Source: an uncultured bacterium
Lineage (GTDB): Bacteria > Chloroflexota > UBA5177 > JANWHV01
DNA: 64,000 bases
Direction: 5' to 3'
Assembly: GCA_963827235.1 (NCBI GenBank)
Contig: CAWHAE010000010.1
Coordinates: 1,015,363 to 1,079,362, forward strand
Shown: one piece after another, positions 40,163-51,100 of the stretch
How the letters are laid out: each line of letters opens with the position of its first letter
Position numbering within the stretch: position 1 is the first letter of the stretch
Made by a program: the position numbers and the translations under genes
The notes under the pieces: generated by a model
The model's input: the letters and a program-made list of their open reading frames with translations, nothing else
Told to the model about the DNA's origin: nothing
Databases searched by the model: none

Positions 40163-40875
40163 TCAGCTGCCCTGACCGAACACATAGCCGAACAGATAGG
40201 TCGCGCCCGTGTGGCCGGCCGCCACCAGCACCGTGCTGCCAGCGTGGCTCAGCGCCGCCAGCTGGCCGAATTGCGTCGTCGTCTCGTAGGGCACCGTCAA
40301 GTCATGCTCCGTCAAGCCCTTCACCGCTGAGCAGTACACGCAGGCTTCCCCGTGCGGTGCACCGTTGGGGGCACCCACCAGCGCGATGCTACCGTCATCC
40401 TTTGCCCCGATATCCTGGTTCAGGGCCACCGAGACGCCGAAACCGTCATATCTGAAGCCGCTGGGAGCCAGCGGGCACGCCGGCGCCCAGGACATGCCAC
40501 TCGTCGTCTTCACGACCTTGTAGACGTAGACGGCGCCGCCATGGGTGCCCGTCGGCGCCCGCACCAGGACCGTGAACCCGCTTGCGCTCAGGGCCACCGA
40601 GGAGCCAAATCCCGCGGCGTCAGAGTCGCTTGGGTGCAGGACCTGGTAGGGCTTGATCGTCTGGCTTGTCCCGCCGATGCGGAAGAGGTAGGCCAGCCCG
40701 TGGCCAGCATTCGCGTTGGGCGCGCCCACCAGCGCGATGGAGCCGTCATAGCTCAGGGCGATCGATGCGCCAAGGTTGTCACGACCCTGGGCGCCGCTCC
40801 CGCCGCCGGCACCAGCACCAGGGACAGCGCCACCAGTACGGTTGAGAGTACCCGCGATTGGCTCGCTCGCCACAT
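40163..40875 (-). pseudogene. FG-GAP-like repeat secreted protein, frameshifted or internally deleted
   Basis: Signal peptide MWRASQ...AAP (RBS, ATG 40875) is out of frame with the FGSSVALS/LVGAP repeats; junction near 40780. Confidence 0.7.
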
Positions 40876-40900
40876 ATCTTGACCTCCTCGTGGCTTAGCT

Positions 40901-42841
40901 CTAGCCGTCCGAGTCCAGGATGGCGCCGCCATCCCCGGCGGCGAAGCAGCGCGTGGCACTCACGCAGGCGATGGCGTTCAAGGCCCCGGCATCGCCCGTC
41001 TGTGCGGACCTCCACTCAGCGCCGCCGTTGCTCGTAACGTAGATCGGGCTGCCGCTGCTGCCGGTCACGAAGCAGCTGTCCTCGCTCGTACAGCCAACCG
41101 CCAGCAGGTCGTGCTTGCCCTTGCCCAGGGTGTGCACCTTCCAGGTGGCGCCCCCGTCACTCGTGCGCAGCAGGGTGCCGCGATCGCCCACCACCAGGCA
41201 GTTGGTCGTGCTCGGGCAGGCCACGCCGTGCAGCTTGGTGCCTGATCGCAGGTGGCGGACCGTCCACTTCGCCTGCTGCGGGTTCTTGACCGCAATGGTG
41301 CCACCGTAGCCCACGGCCACGCAGGCGTCCAGCGCGGCGCAGGACACACTGGTCAGCTGGTGAGACAGCTTGACATGCACTTCGGTCCAGGCTGCGCCGG
41401 CGTCTCCGCTCGTGTAGATGGCTCCCCGATTGCTCACTTCAAGACCACCCACTGCGACGCAGGCCGTGGCCGTGGGGCAACTCGCGCCGCCGACCGGGCC
41501 CAGGCTGGATTCCCCAATCGGCACCCACGTCTTGCCGCCGTCGATCGTGCGCAACGGGTCACTGCCAAGGTCGAGGCAAGTACTGGCGTCCGTGCAGACG
41601 ACGCCCGCGGCAGTCTGGACCGACAACGTCTGAGCTGCCCACGTCACGCCGTCCGTAGTGGAGAGCGCAACCCCGTCACCCACGGCGTAGCACGTCGTGT
41701 TGCTCGGGCAGGCGATGCCCTTGAGGTCGTCGAGTCGGCCCAATCCCTGCCGGGTCCACGTCGCGCCGCCGTCGGGGCTGGCTGCCAAGAGCCCGTCGAA
41801 ACCGACCGCCACGCATGCGGCGGAGTGGTCGTTGCCCGGGCAGCTCAGGGACACGGGCGGCTTCGGCCATTCCGGATAGTTGGAGTAGATGTGGAGCCAG
41901 GTCTTGCCCCCATCGCCGGTACGCTCAATAAGATGGTCCGCGCCGGCATAGTAGGAAGTGGGGACCCAGTCGTTCCCCGGCACTTTCCCCGAAAAGAACC
42001 TGACGCCGAGGGCCACACAGGAGCCCGATCCCGCGCAGCTCAACGCCGTCAGGAGCTGACTTGACTGCTGGTTGGCGTCGGCCCTCTGCCAGGTAGCGCC
42101 ACTATCCGTCGTCCACTCGGTCGCGTCCCGCGAGCCGGCGGCGAGACAGGCGATGGCGGCAGCTTTCCAGCAGGAGACGGCTTCGAGCGAGCCGTCCGGG
42201 GCCGCCTTGCGCCGCGTCCAGCTTGCACCGCCTGTGTCGCCGGTCAGAATGAGCGGCACGGTGTATGCGGTGCCGGCTTTGGAGACATTGCCCACGGCCA
42301 CGCAGGCCGAGGCGGAGGGGCAGCTCACGCCCGACAGGCTCATCGTCTCCTTGACGTTGTGAGGGCTCCAGCTTGCGCCGTCGCTGGTGGTGAGCACGAC
42401 ACCGTGCAGGCCCACCGCCACGCAGGCCGCGGCCGGGGCGCAGCTCACGCTCTCCAGGTCCTCCGTCGTGCCCGACTGCTGATGCTTCCAGATGTGGCCA
42501 CCGTCCGTCGTGGTACGGATGGCACCCTTGCTGCCTACCGCCACGCAGACGCCCGGCGTGGGGCAGGCCAGGGCCCGCGGTGAGGCCATGCCCGTGCCGG
42601 CCAGGACGGTCCAGGCGCTCTTGTCCGGGGAGTAGGCAAGCGCCGCGCCCCCTGCGCCGATGGCCAGGCAGGACCCGGCGGCGTCGCAGCTCACCGCGCT
42701 GAGCGTGCTGCCCTGCGGCAACGGATTCCGCCAGGTCCAGGTCGGGCCGCCGGACGCGGCACCTCGGACCTGCCGGACCGTCGCTACCGTTGGCAAAAGG
42801 GCCGTGAAGAGAAACGCCAGAAGGGCCAGCCGCCGTGTCAT
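40901..42841 (-). CDS. Secreted YCF48/BNR-like beta-propeller with Cys-paired repeats
   Basis: Signal peptide; repeated L..VSC....C.AVG..G...T.DGG.TW; WTWRNPLPQG; GGAGG RBS. Confidence 0.85.
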   Translation of the reverse strand: MTRRLALLAFLFTALLPTVATVRQVRGAASGGPTWTWRNPLPQGSTLSAVSCDAAGSCLAIGAGGAALAYSPDKSAWTVLAGTGMASPRALACPTPGVCVAVGSKGAIRTTTDGGHIWKHQQSGTTEDLESVSCAPAAACVAVGLHGVVLTTSDGASWSPHNVKETMSLSGVSCPSASACVAVGNVSKAGTAYTVPLILTGDTGGASWTRRKAAPDGSLEAVSCWKAAAIACLAAGSRDATEWTTDSGATWQRADANQQSSQLLTALSCAGSGSCVALGVRFFSGKVPGNDWVPTSYYAGADHLIERTGDGGKTWLHIYSNYPEWPKPPVSLSCPGNDHSAACVAVGFDGLLAASPDGGATWTRQGLGRLDDLKGIACPSNTTCYAVGDGVALSTTDGVTWAAQTLSVQTAAGVVCTDASTCLDLGSDPLRTIDGGKTWVPIGESSLGPVGGASCPTATACVAVGGLEVSNRGAIYTSGDAGAAWTEVHVKLSHQLTSVSCAALDACVAVGYGGTIAVKNPQQAKWTVRHLRSGTKLHGVACPSTTNCLVVGDRGTLLRTSDGGATWKVHTLGKGKHDLLAVGCTSEDSCFVTGSSGSPIYVTSNGGAEWRSAQTGDAGALNAIACVSATRCFAAGDGGAILDSDG

Positions 42842-42957
42842 GCTCAGCCTCCTCCCGCCGGTGCGATGCCGGCCACTTTCCAAAGACATAAAGATCGGCG
42901 CTGGCGATGCCGTGCCGGGTGGAGCCCGTGTAGTGGGCACTGTGGGGCTGCATCTGG

Positions 42958-44367
42958 TTACTCGCGGTTGTACAGATTGGTACTGGTATTGGACACGCAG
43001 TCGTTACCGGCGCTCGACCCAGAGGCGTTGCTGTACGTGTACGTCACCTCCAGCTGGCTGCCTTTCATGCTCAGCTTCAGCGACACCGTAGCGGTCCCCC
43101 AGCACGTACCGGTCGCCATGCTGGGATATGTAGCGGTAGCCGATGTGCCATCCGACGACAGCACGAGCGGCTGCACGCCCTCCTCGGCGTGTAGCTGGCC
43201 GGATGCATGTATGGAGTAGCTGCCGGTGCCGTTGGCGGTGATGGAGAGATAGGCGAAGTCTAGGGTGGCCGTCGTGGCGATCCAGTTACCGGCGAGCTGA
43301 GCGCTCAGAGAGGCAGCCGCGGGTGCGAAACCCGGACCATACGCCTTCCACAGGAACGTCCTGCCGCTGCCAACCACGAGGCACCCGGCAACGGCGGCGC
43401 CGGACGTCGCGGTGGACGGCGTGCAGGCAACTGCGTACAGGGTGTGACTGAGACTGCCGTGAGAGATGGGGGTTACCGTCCATGCTGCCGGAGCCGCGCC
43501 ACCGCTGGACGGAGCCTGCGGCCGGAGCACCAGGTCGGTGCCGGCGGCACCCACCACCTCGCAAAACGTGGTGGCAGGGCACGCCACGCCGTACAGGTCT
43601 TGTTGCTGCAGCGCGACAGGCGATGTGACGATCGGCGTCAACTGCCCGCTGATGCCGGTGGAGGTCCGGATGACTCCGCCCTGGCCCACCGCCATGCAGA
43701 ACGCCCCTCCGGGTGCACAAGAGACGCCGTACAGGTCGGTTCCGGTCCCGCCGTACGCCTGCCAGCTTTGGTAGCCCGTGGAGACCACGACGATGCCCTT
43801 TTCGCCCACGGCCATGCACTGGGTACTGCTGCTGCAGGAGATGCTGTACAGGGACATATTGGTTACCCCTGAGACACCCAGCCACTGCGTGCCGCTGCTG
43901 CCGCTTCGGGCGATAGCGCCCTTCGCGCCCACGGCATAGCAGTCCTGTTGGTCGGGACAGGAGACGCCGTAGAGGCTCGGCTTCCCCGGGATCGAAGAGG
44001 GATTCCACGTCGCGCTGCTCCACGGGTTCCCGCCGTTGCTTGGACCGCTTCCAGCAACCTGGATGCCCTCCTTGGTTCCCACGGCCACGCAGGTGGTGCC
44101 GGCTCCGGGGTCGCAGGCAGCTGCGTAGAGCGCATGGCTGGAGCCCGACTTCACACTTGTCGCCTTCGCCTTGCGGCTACTGACCACTCTCATCCAGATG
44201 GACTTGCTGTTGCCCACCGCCAGGCAGTAGCTGGCGGTGCAGGCAGCGCCGCGCAGCGTCAGCGTGCTTGCCGACAATGCCGGCGCAGGCGCGTAGCTGA
44301 GCGCCGGCAGCGCCGCGGCCAGCAAAAGAGGTAGTACGACCGCGCGGACGATGCGTGTGTGCTTCAT
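42958..44367 (-). CDS. Secreted Cys-paired repeat beta-propeller protein
   Basis: Signal peptide; LYGVSC...C.AVG..G repeats; distinct C-terminal beta domain. Confidence 0.85.
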   Translation of the reverse strand: MKHTRIVRAVVLPLLLAAALPALSYAPAPALSASTLTLRGAACTASYCLAVGNSKSIWMRVVSSRKAKATSVKSGSSHALYAAACDPGAGTTCVAVGTKEGIQVAGSGPSNGGNPWSSATWNPSSIPGKPSLYGVSCPDQQDCYAVGAKGAIARSGSSGTQWLGVSGVTNMSLYSISCSSSTQCMAVGEKGIVVVSTGYQSWQAYGGTGTDLYGVSCAPGGAFCMAVGQGGVIRTSTGISGQLTPIVTSPVALQQQDLYGVACPATTFCEVVGAAGTDLVLRPQAPSSGGAAPAAWTVTPISHGSLSHTLYAVACTPSTATSGAAVAGCLVVGSGRTFLWKAYGPGFAPAAASLSAQLAGNWIATTATLDFAYLSITANGTGSYSIHASGQLHAEEGVQPLVLSSDGTSATATYPSMATGTCWGTATVSLKLSMKGSQLEVTYTYSNASGSSAGNDCVSNTSTNLYNRE

Positions 44368-44426
44368 GTCTCGTTCCCTTTCCGCTCGTGAAAGCAGTGC
44401 GCCATGTCAGCGGCGCCAGCAGATCT

Positions 44427-44642
44427 CTATCCTGGGGGCGAAGCGTTCGCGCACGGTGTTGGCCGGGCAGGCGCCGGGGGAGCCGGCTCCAGCAGATCTC
44501 GCAGCTGACCGAGCAACGCCTGCGGGCGGTCGAACGTCCACACGACTCCTTCCGGCAACTTCTCCAGTCGCCCTACCCAGGGGCGATTGCAATCCCCTGG
44601 ACGCTTCCAGACGCGGAGCATGAAGGCGTCGTAGCTGGCCAC
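44427..44642 (-). CDS. Small hypothetical protein (FxLRxW...WxG...G...F type)
   Basis: SYDAFMLRVW...WVGRLE...G...FDRPQALL; GAGG before GTG 44642. Confidence 0.6.
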   Translation of the reverse strand: MASYDAFMLRVWKRPGDCNRPWVGRLEKLPEGVVWTFDRPQALLGQLRDLLEPAPPAPARPTPCANASPPG

Positions 44643-44932
44643 GCAGATGCCTCTCCTCCGACCATCCGGTCGCGCTTCTCTCGCTCGCGCACGCTCCATG
44701 CCACGTATCAGCCCGGCGCGAAACGTGTGTCTGAGCACGTGCTCCCACTCTACAACCCATGCGTTCCATCAGGATCACGCGGCGGAGGCGTATTGCTCAG
44801 GAGAAAACGGCGTATCGCGTTTGTGCAACATTGGAGCCAGTTTGTGCACGGGGAGCATCCGGCCCGGTCAGCCCATGATGGGCACCCGAGCCGGTGGTCA
44901 TGCCGCACCTGTGGCTGGGACGGGAAGGCGCC

Positions 44933-45334
44933 TTAGCGGCTCCCGGCCGCGATCGTGTCGTGCGCCGGCGGAGCCTTTTCCTGCAGCGCCAGTGCGATGG
45001 CGTCGTCCGGCGAGAGCGCCGGCCCCTCCGCCCACGCCGCGACACGCGCTTCCTCACACAACGCGGCGCGCAGGGCATACTCCAGCGCCTCGTGGTCTTC
45101 TTGGCGGTGCGGCTGCTGCAGGGGGACGGCCAGGGCCAGGCTGTCCTCCTCCAGACGCGTCGCCCGTTCGCAGTCGCCCTGCCACAACGCCGCGACTCCC
45201 ATTGTGGCGAGTGTGCGGGCGATGTTCGGTCTGTCGCCCAGCTCGCGCTTACGCGACAGGCTCTCCTCGTACAGGTTCGCCGCCCGCTCGTAGTCGCCGA
45301 TCTCGAGCGCGTCGTTACCCAGGTTGTGGAACAC
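44933..45334 (-). pseudogene. TPR C-terminal fragment of an AfsR-like regulator
   Basis: NLGN.A...GDYERA...YEESL and AWAEGPALSPDDAIALAL, paralleling the end of 45454-48894. Confidence 0.7.
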
Positions 45335-45453
45335 TTCGGCTAAGCATTGGTCTCAGAGGTGTGCATCAGCAGGGGCGGCGCACGCACAGTGAGGCATCGC
45401 GTTGACCTTCAGTCCAAGGCCGCCATGTGGCCGGCGGTCGCCCGGCGACAGCC

Positions 45454-48400
45454 TCACATTGCGGGTTGCGGCGCCAGGGCCAGGGCGATCGTCTCGTCGA
45501 GAGTGAGGTGCCGGCCCTTCGCCTCGGCCGCGGCTGCGCCGGCGGCGCCGAGCGCGGCCTGCGCGATGTCCCGGGCAACTGCTACCCCTCGCCACTCGTC
45601 GCTCGTAGTACCTATCCCCACCGCTCCAGCATACGCCAGGACAGCGGCGCCCAGCATCGCCGCACATCTGGCCTGCCCAAGATGGGCCATTATCTCGGCT
45701 ATGTGGCTCAAGACAACAAGCGTGGTGCGCTGGTCGCCGCTCTCCTGAACAGTGCGGAGAGCCTCTCTTGCAAGCTCAGCTGCTTGCACATACCGCTTAC
45801 GGAGGCACGCGACGCTGGCAAGGTTCACGAGTGCATTGCATGCTGCATTGACCGCACCCGACTGTCGTGCATAATGAAGGCCCTCTTCCACCACCTCCTC
45901 GGCCCGGTCGAGATCGCCTAGCTGGATGAGCGCTGAACCCAAGTTCGATAGATTTAGCGCAAGCAAAACAACGTCGTCCAGTGCGCGAAACGTGTCCGTA
46001 GCATCCTCATACCGCGCGATTGCCTCGCTGAAGTCGGCTTGAAAGTAGGCAACATTGGCCAGGTTGCAGAGGCTGGCTGCGACCGCACCCTGCCTGCCGG
46101 CCGAGCGGTACGCATCCAGCGCCTCGGTGTACCACTGCGCAGCGGAGACGTAGTCGCCTCTGTCACTCGCCGTCATGCCCAGCACATTCAGGGCGTCCCC
46201 GAGGCCGACATCGTCCGCAAGCTCCCGGCAGAGCGCCCTGCCCTGCTCGGCACGCGCGACAGCCTCCTCGTAGCGGGCCATCGCGTAGGCCAGCACCGCA
46301 CTTGCGACGAGCGCCCTGGCGCGTATTGGCCGCACCACCGCGGGCACGGCGTCCGCAGCCCGCAGGAGCGTGTCCAGCCAGGCGTAGCCCTCGGCGCGGT
46401 GGCCACGCACATCCCAGAAGGCGCGCAGGGCGCAGGCCAGGCGCAGTCCCCGATCCGTCCGCCTGCTGACATGGCTCCAGCGCAGTGCCGCCCTGCAGTT
46501 ATCGTGCTCGACCTCCAGCCGCGCCAGCCAGACCGCATGCTCTGGTCCCTGGAGCGCCGGCTCCGCCTGCTCGGCCAGCGCCAGGCACCAATCCAGGTGG
46601 CGGTCGCAAAGTGTCTCCTGCTCGCCCGCCGCGCGCAGGTGCTCCGCGGCATACTGGCGCACCGGCTCCAGGAACCTGTAGCGCGGCTCGTCCCGGCTCG
46701 CCTCGATCTGCACCAGGGACTTGCCCACGAGCCCACCCAGCAGGGCCAGCACCGCCTCCGCGCTCACAAGATCCTGCCGCCCTGGGTTGGGCGCGGCCGG
46801 CAGAGCGCAAACGGTCTCCGCCGCTTCAAGGGCCCAGCCGTCGGCAAACACCGCCAGGCGTCGCAGGAGTTGGCGCTCGCGCTCGTCGAGCAGCGCATAG
46901 CTCCAGTCGAGAGTGGCATGCAGCGTGCGTTGCCGCGGCAAGGCCGTGCGCGGACCAGTGCCCAGTACGCGGAAGGACTCCTCAAGCCGATCAGCAAGTG
47001 TCTGGACGGGTAGCACGTGCGCACGTGCCGCCGCCAACTCGATGGCCAGGGGGATGCCTGCCAAGCGCGCGCAGATCCGCGCGATGGCAGCGGCGCTCGC
47101 TCGTGGCAACGGCTGATGGACCTGCGCCCTCTCCATGAAGAGCATCGCGCTTTCAAACCGAGCCAGATCTTCCGGTGGGAAGCCAGGCGGCGGGACGGAG
47201 AGCGCGGGCACGGAAAGGAACCGCTCACCTGGCACTCCCAGCCGCTCGCGGCTGGTAGCCAGGACCTTCAGGTGAGGGCAGGCGGCCAGCAGGCCTGCGA
47301 CAAGGGCGGCGCATGGCGCAAGCACGTGTTCGCAGTTGTCCAGTACCAGCAGCAAGTGGCGCGGCGCAAGGAACGCTCCCAGCGTTTGCATGAGCGGTTC
47401 ACCGGGCTGTTCGCGTACCGCCAGAGCGGTGGCCAGAGCCCCGCGCACAAGTGCTCCTTCGTTGGCGTCGGCCGGCAATGCTGCCAGTTCCACCAGCCAG
47501 ACACCGTCGGAGTACGACCCTACGAGGTCATCGGCCGTCTGCAGCGCCAGGCGGGTCTTGCCGCAGCCGCCCGCCCCGGTGAGCGTCAGCAGGCGGGTCT
47601 CGGCCAGGAGCCGGCGGATGTGGTCCTGCTCGCGCAGTCTGCCGACGAAACTGGTCAGTGCCTGAGGCACGTTTGTGCGGCGGGCCACGGCGACGTTGCG
47701 CGGTGGCTGCGCGGCAGCCGCCGGCACCGCCTCCTGCGCCAGCAAGCGGGCACGCAGGGCTGCCAGATCCGCCGAGGGACGGGCGCCCAGCTCGCGCGCA
47801 AGCGCGACCGCCAGCTCTGCGTAGACCCGTAGGGCCTCAGTGCGCCGGCCCGACGCGGCCAGGAGGCTCAGCAGGCGGGCCGCCGCCTCCTCGTGACAGG
47901 GATCCAGGCGCAGCACGGTACGCAGGATTTGTTCCGCCTCGCCACTCTCACCCTGCGCGCCGGCCAGGTCGGCTACGTGCAAGAGGAGCTCCAAGTAACG
48001 CAAGCGCAACGTTTCGCGCCGGTCCACCGCCCAATCGTCGTAAGGATCGCCGGGCAGATACTCGCCGGTATAGAGGGCAGCGGCCTCGCGACAGGCAGCC
48101 AGGTCCTCCAACGGCGCTTCGCGGCTCGCGGCCTGCTCGAACGCCTCTGCGTCCAGCCAGCCGGCCGGCGCCGATGCGCGGCCCGCCGGCCGCAGGCAGA
48201 GCAGGTCGCCCTCAGTATACAGGTAGATCTCTGCCGAGACCGGGTCCTGCAGCACACGCCGCAGGCGATGCACGACAACGCTGAGATGCTTGGCTCCGGC
48301 CTCGCGATGGGCCTCAGGCCAGAGCAGGTCGATGGCGCGATCGCGCGGCAGCTGGTACCCGGGCGCAGCGAGCAAGCACTTGAATAGCGCAGCTACTTTG

Positions 48401-48894
48401 TGCTGGTGCCAGGCACGGGTAAGCACCATATCCTCGCCGCGCCAGACCTCGAACGTACCCAGCGTGCACACACGCAGCGCAGGCGCAGCGGGAACACCGG
48501 CACTCTGGCTGCCCGAGGGCGGTCTGACGGGACGCCTGGAGCGGTCGGGCACGATTGGTGCGCTCTCCTGCATCCTGGGGGCGCGGGCATCGTGCGCGCT
48601 CAGATCGTCGTCGAGCCTTGACACCGCGCGCACCGCCCCGCATGGGACGATCGGAACGGCCGCGGTCCCAGGTGTGGGCGAGGCGGCCGCGCTGGCAGGC
48701 GGCACCACTCCCGGCGGTAACCGCTTGCCCAGGTAGCGGCTGCGCACCCGGTCACCCTCCCGCCAGTGCGCGTACCAGTAGGGGCCGTGGCCGGGTTGGC
48801 CGTTGCTGCAAGAGGGACAGCCAGGCCGGCAGCAGCGGCGGTACTGCCGGTTGTAGGACACATGCGGGGCTGGCTCATCGTCTCCGCTGGCCAT
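45454..48894 (-). CDS. AfsR/SARP-type regulator: Zn-ribbon (DUF6788-like) + wHTH + BTAD + NB-ARC + TPR
   Basis: CCRPGCPSC...HGPYWY; TLGTF...LWP; LYTGEYL..D...W; DPCHEE; SFVGR, GAGGCGKT, LVLDNCEH, TSRE, GIPLAIELAA; TPRs; GGAGG RBS. Confidence 0.92.
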   Translation of the reverse strand: MASGDDEPAPHVSYNRQYRRCCRPGCPSCSNGQPGHGPYWYAHWREGDRVRSRYLGKRLPPGVVPPASAAASPTPGTAAVPIVPCGAVRAVSRLDDDLSAHDARAPRMQESAPIVPDRSRRPVRPPSGSQSAGVPAAPALRVCTLGTFEVWRGEDMVLTRAWHQHKVAALFKCLLAAPGYQLPRDRAIDLLWPEAHREAGAKHLSVVVHRLRRVLQDPVSAEIYLYTEGDLLCLRPAGRASAPAGWLDAEAFEQAASREAPLEDLAACREAAALYTGEYLPGDPYDDWAVDRRETLRLRYLELLLHVADLAGAQGESGEAEQILRTVLRLDPCHEEAAARLLSLLAASGRRTEALRVYAELAVALARELGARPSADLAALRARLLAQEAVPAAAAQPPRNVAVARRTNVPQALTSFVGRLREQDHIRRLLAETRLLTLTGAGGCGKTRLALQTADDLVGSYSDGVWLVELAALPADANEGALVRGALATALAVREQPGEPLMQTLGAFLAPRHLLLVLDNCEHVLAPCAALVAGLLAACPHLKVLATSRERLGVPGERFLSVPALSVPPPGFPPEDLARFESAMLFMERAQVHQPLPRASAAAIARICARLAGIPLAIELAAARAHVLPVQTLADRLEESFRVLGTGPRTALPRQRTLHATLDWSYALLDERERQLLRRLAVFADGWALEAAETVCALPAAPNPGRQDLVSAEAVLALLGGLVGKSLVQIEASRDEPRYRFLEPVRQYAAEHLRAAGEQETLCDRHLDWCLALAEQAEPALQGPEHAVWLARLEVEHDNCRAALRWSHVSRRTDRGLRLACALRAFWDVRGHRAEGYAWLDTLLRAADAVPAVVRPIRARALVASAVLAYAMARYEEAVARAEQGRALCRELADDVGLGDALNVLGMTASDRGDYVSAAQWYTEALDAYRSAGRQGAVAASLCNLANVAYFQADFSEAIARYEDATDTFRALDDVVLLALNLSNLGSALIQLGDLDRAEEVVEEGLHYARQSGAVNAACNALVNLASVACLRKRYVQAAELAREALRTVQESGDQRTTLVVLSHIAEIMAHLGQARCAAMLGAAVLAYAGAVGIGTTSDEWRGVAVARDIAQAALGAAGAAAAEAKGRHLTLDETIALALAPQPAM

Positions 48895-49233
48895 AGCTCG
48901 CCTCCGGGCTCGGCGCGGCATCACTCTATGGGAGAGTATGGCGCAGCGGCAAGGCGCACGCAAGAGCTTGCCTGTGGCCTGTGCCGGCATCGCTAGTGCT
49001 GTGGCATGATCGGCTGGCTGTATGGGCAACCCGGTTCGGCGAGCCCCTCCTGGCGAAGCTGCGTGAGTATCTTGGCCTGCCGTTCGAGGAGAGCCTTGCC
49101 CTTTGTCGGCTGCTCGAGGATAGCGATGGCATACGGTCGGGGATTAGCGACGGGGCCGTTTCGAATGTGCTGCAAACTACCAGCTGCTCCTCCCTGGCCA
49201 TACAGAAGCCTGCCTTGTCCTCCATGGCAAGGA

Positions 49234-49462
49234 AGCCGAACGGCTCCCGCACCCACGCCCGAAGTGGGGGGAGCCGCTCAGGCCGAACCCGCAAGGGGCT
49301 CGGAGCGCATCATAGCACTGTTCGGCTGGCTTGTCGCGCACCGCGGGCGAGACTCATGAGTTGACGTCAAACGCCGGCAGCCCGCGCGACTTCCAGCGCC
49401 GGTTCGCCTGCCACCGGGCCCGGCACGTGAGCCGCTTGTGGTAGAGCGGGGTCGCCTGCCAG
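49234..49462. repeat. ~230-bp dispersed repeat with hairpin, copy 2
   Basis: Matches 23447-23673; keeps WQATP.YHKRLTCRARW.ANRRWKSRGLPAFD on the minus strand but lacks the Zn finger. Confidence 0.85.
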
Positions 49463-49508
49463 CGGTTTGACGGATCTCGCCTCCGAGTCGCTAACCAGAC
49501 CCACTGCT

Positions 49509-50015
49509 CTACTTACTGCCGAGCTTGTTGACCACCAACGTTACCGCGCCTGCAACCCAGACGAAGTCAAGCACGAGTTGGCAGCTCACGAGGGCTTCAG
49601 CCAGCTCAGTCTTGGCCTCGAGTCCGCCAGTACCCGCAGTTGTGAAAGTTCCAAGCGCGAAGTAGACAGCGTCCCACTTGGAAAGATCCCTACTGAAGTT
49701 GCCCTTCGTACCGTATCCCCAATAGAGCCAGGCAAAGCTTACGATGAGCAGCGAGATGAAAAAGACGGTGACTACCACGAGGTCCCACCTGCTCATTGCG
49801 TTCCGTGTATACCAGACGAGAACCACAGCGCCTATGGCAGCTAGCGCTATCAGTTCGAAAGTTCGTCCTGCTAGAGGCTGTTGACGCGGACCCGACAAGG
49901 CGAATATGGTCCACACAATGATCTGGGGAATCAGTATTTCGCGTACGGTGTTTCGGAGTGGCGTACAGTTGTAAGCCGCCTTCAGCATATCTCCTAGAAG
50001 CAGCTCGTTCTGCAT
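49509..50015 (-). CDS. Ion_trans_2 (K-channel-like) membrane protein with a non-canonical filter
   Basis: SFAWLY...DAVYFALGTFTTAGTGGL...LVSCQ; GGGGAGG RBS; lower GC. Confidence 0.75.
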   Translation of the reverse strand: MQNELLLGDMLKAAYNCTPLRNTVREILIPQIIVWTIFALSGPRQQPLAGRTFELIALAAIGAVVLVWYTRNAMSRWDLVVVTVFFISLLIVSFAWLYWGYGTKGNFSRDLSKWDAVYFALGTFTTAGTGGLEAKTELAEALVSCQLVLDFVWVAGAVTLVVNKLGSK

Positions 50016-50028
50016 GTTGAACCTCCCC

Positions 50029-50424
50029 CTATGCTACGGTCTCCCGCCGTGGACCGTGTGTGGACTGGGACGACGGCCGGAGTGCAGATCGCAGATGGTG
50101 GCGATCTCGTTGGGCCGGAAAGCCGGGTTGTCGGCCTGAAGATCTACGATGAACTGACGCATATTCGGTGGCAAGGATGGCCTGGTCGGGCGTGCCACGT
50201 CCGCATCGGCAAAAGAGGCTCACCATGCCCATCTCGTGGAATCGCTTCACCCGTCGATAGAGCGTGCTCCGTGCCACGCCGGTCTCCAGCGCACGTTCCG
50301 CGGGGGACCGGCCGAAGAGCACCACCGAACGCAGTACCTCATAGCGGACTTGCACTTCCCAGGGCATCCGCGTGCGCAGTCCCGCGAACTCGCGCTGTCG
50401 TTGCAGGCGCTCTTGCACGTCCAC
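50029..50424 (-). pseudogene. Transposase N-terminal HTH fragment, same family as 59551-61419
   Basis: QVRYEVLRSVVLFG...ETGVARSTLYRRVKRFHEMGMVSL aligns with QFDYEVIREVVL...TGIDRATV...RRFVQEGMLGL. Confidence 0.7.
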
Positions 50425-51100
50425 GGTTGGCCGATCGTCCTCGAGTACACCATCTGGCCAGTAGGGAGTGATTGCTCCACGATACGCACCTCACGCGAAA
50501 GCGTGCAACTCTGGGGACGCGAGCTGCGTCTCTCGACGAGTCGGCGACGGGCGGGCCGTCTCTCTGCACAGGCCGGCAACCCACTGTGCAGGTCGCATCC
50601 GGGCGGCGTTCGCTCCGCGACAAGTGCCCGAGTAATCCAGTAGAGCGCGCTGGGCGATGGCACTCCGCTCCTTGGGTGGTACTGCCGAGATGACATCGTC
50701 TTTGGCGATAGTGCTCGTGCGGCATAACTGCCACTCCAGAACATCGCTGGCCACGATATTCAGGTACTGCTTGTTTTTGCCCGTGGCCAGACTCTTCTTT
50801 GCCAGGTGGAGTAGCTGCCATCAGCGTATGACTCTACAGGTCGACACGCTGATGCGGGAATGACTCGGAGGTCGAATACTGGCGTGGCCTTGGCATCGAG
50901 AGAGCGAGTGATACGGGCGCAAGTAGATCGCCGCACATATATCTCCGGGTTCGTCTGGGCCGTGCGTTGTGCCCGACTGCGATACTTGGTCCAGTTGTCG
51001 ACGCCGATCACCCGGAGCGCCGCGGGCATCCGCACAGACAGCAGAGGCGCCCGCTTCGGGTTCCATGGACCAGCGCCGACGAGCGCGGCGCGCGACCGAG

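Noticed and set aside
50960-51035. ISL3 transposase remnant (LRVIGVDNW)
   Set aside because: The match is too short to support a feature call
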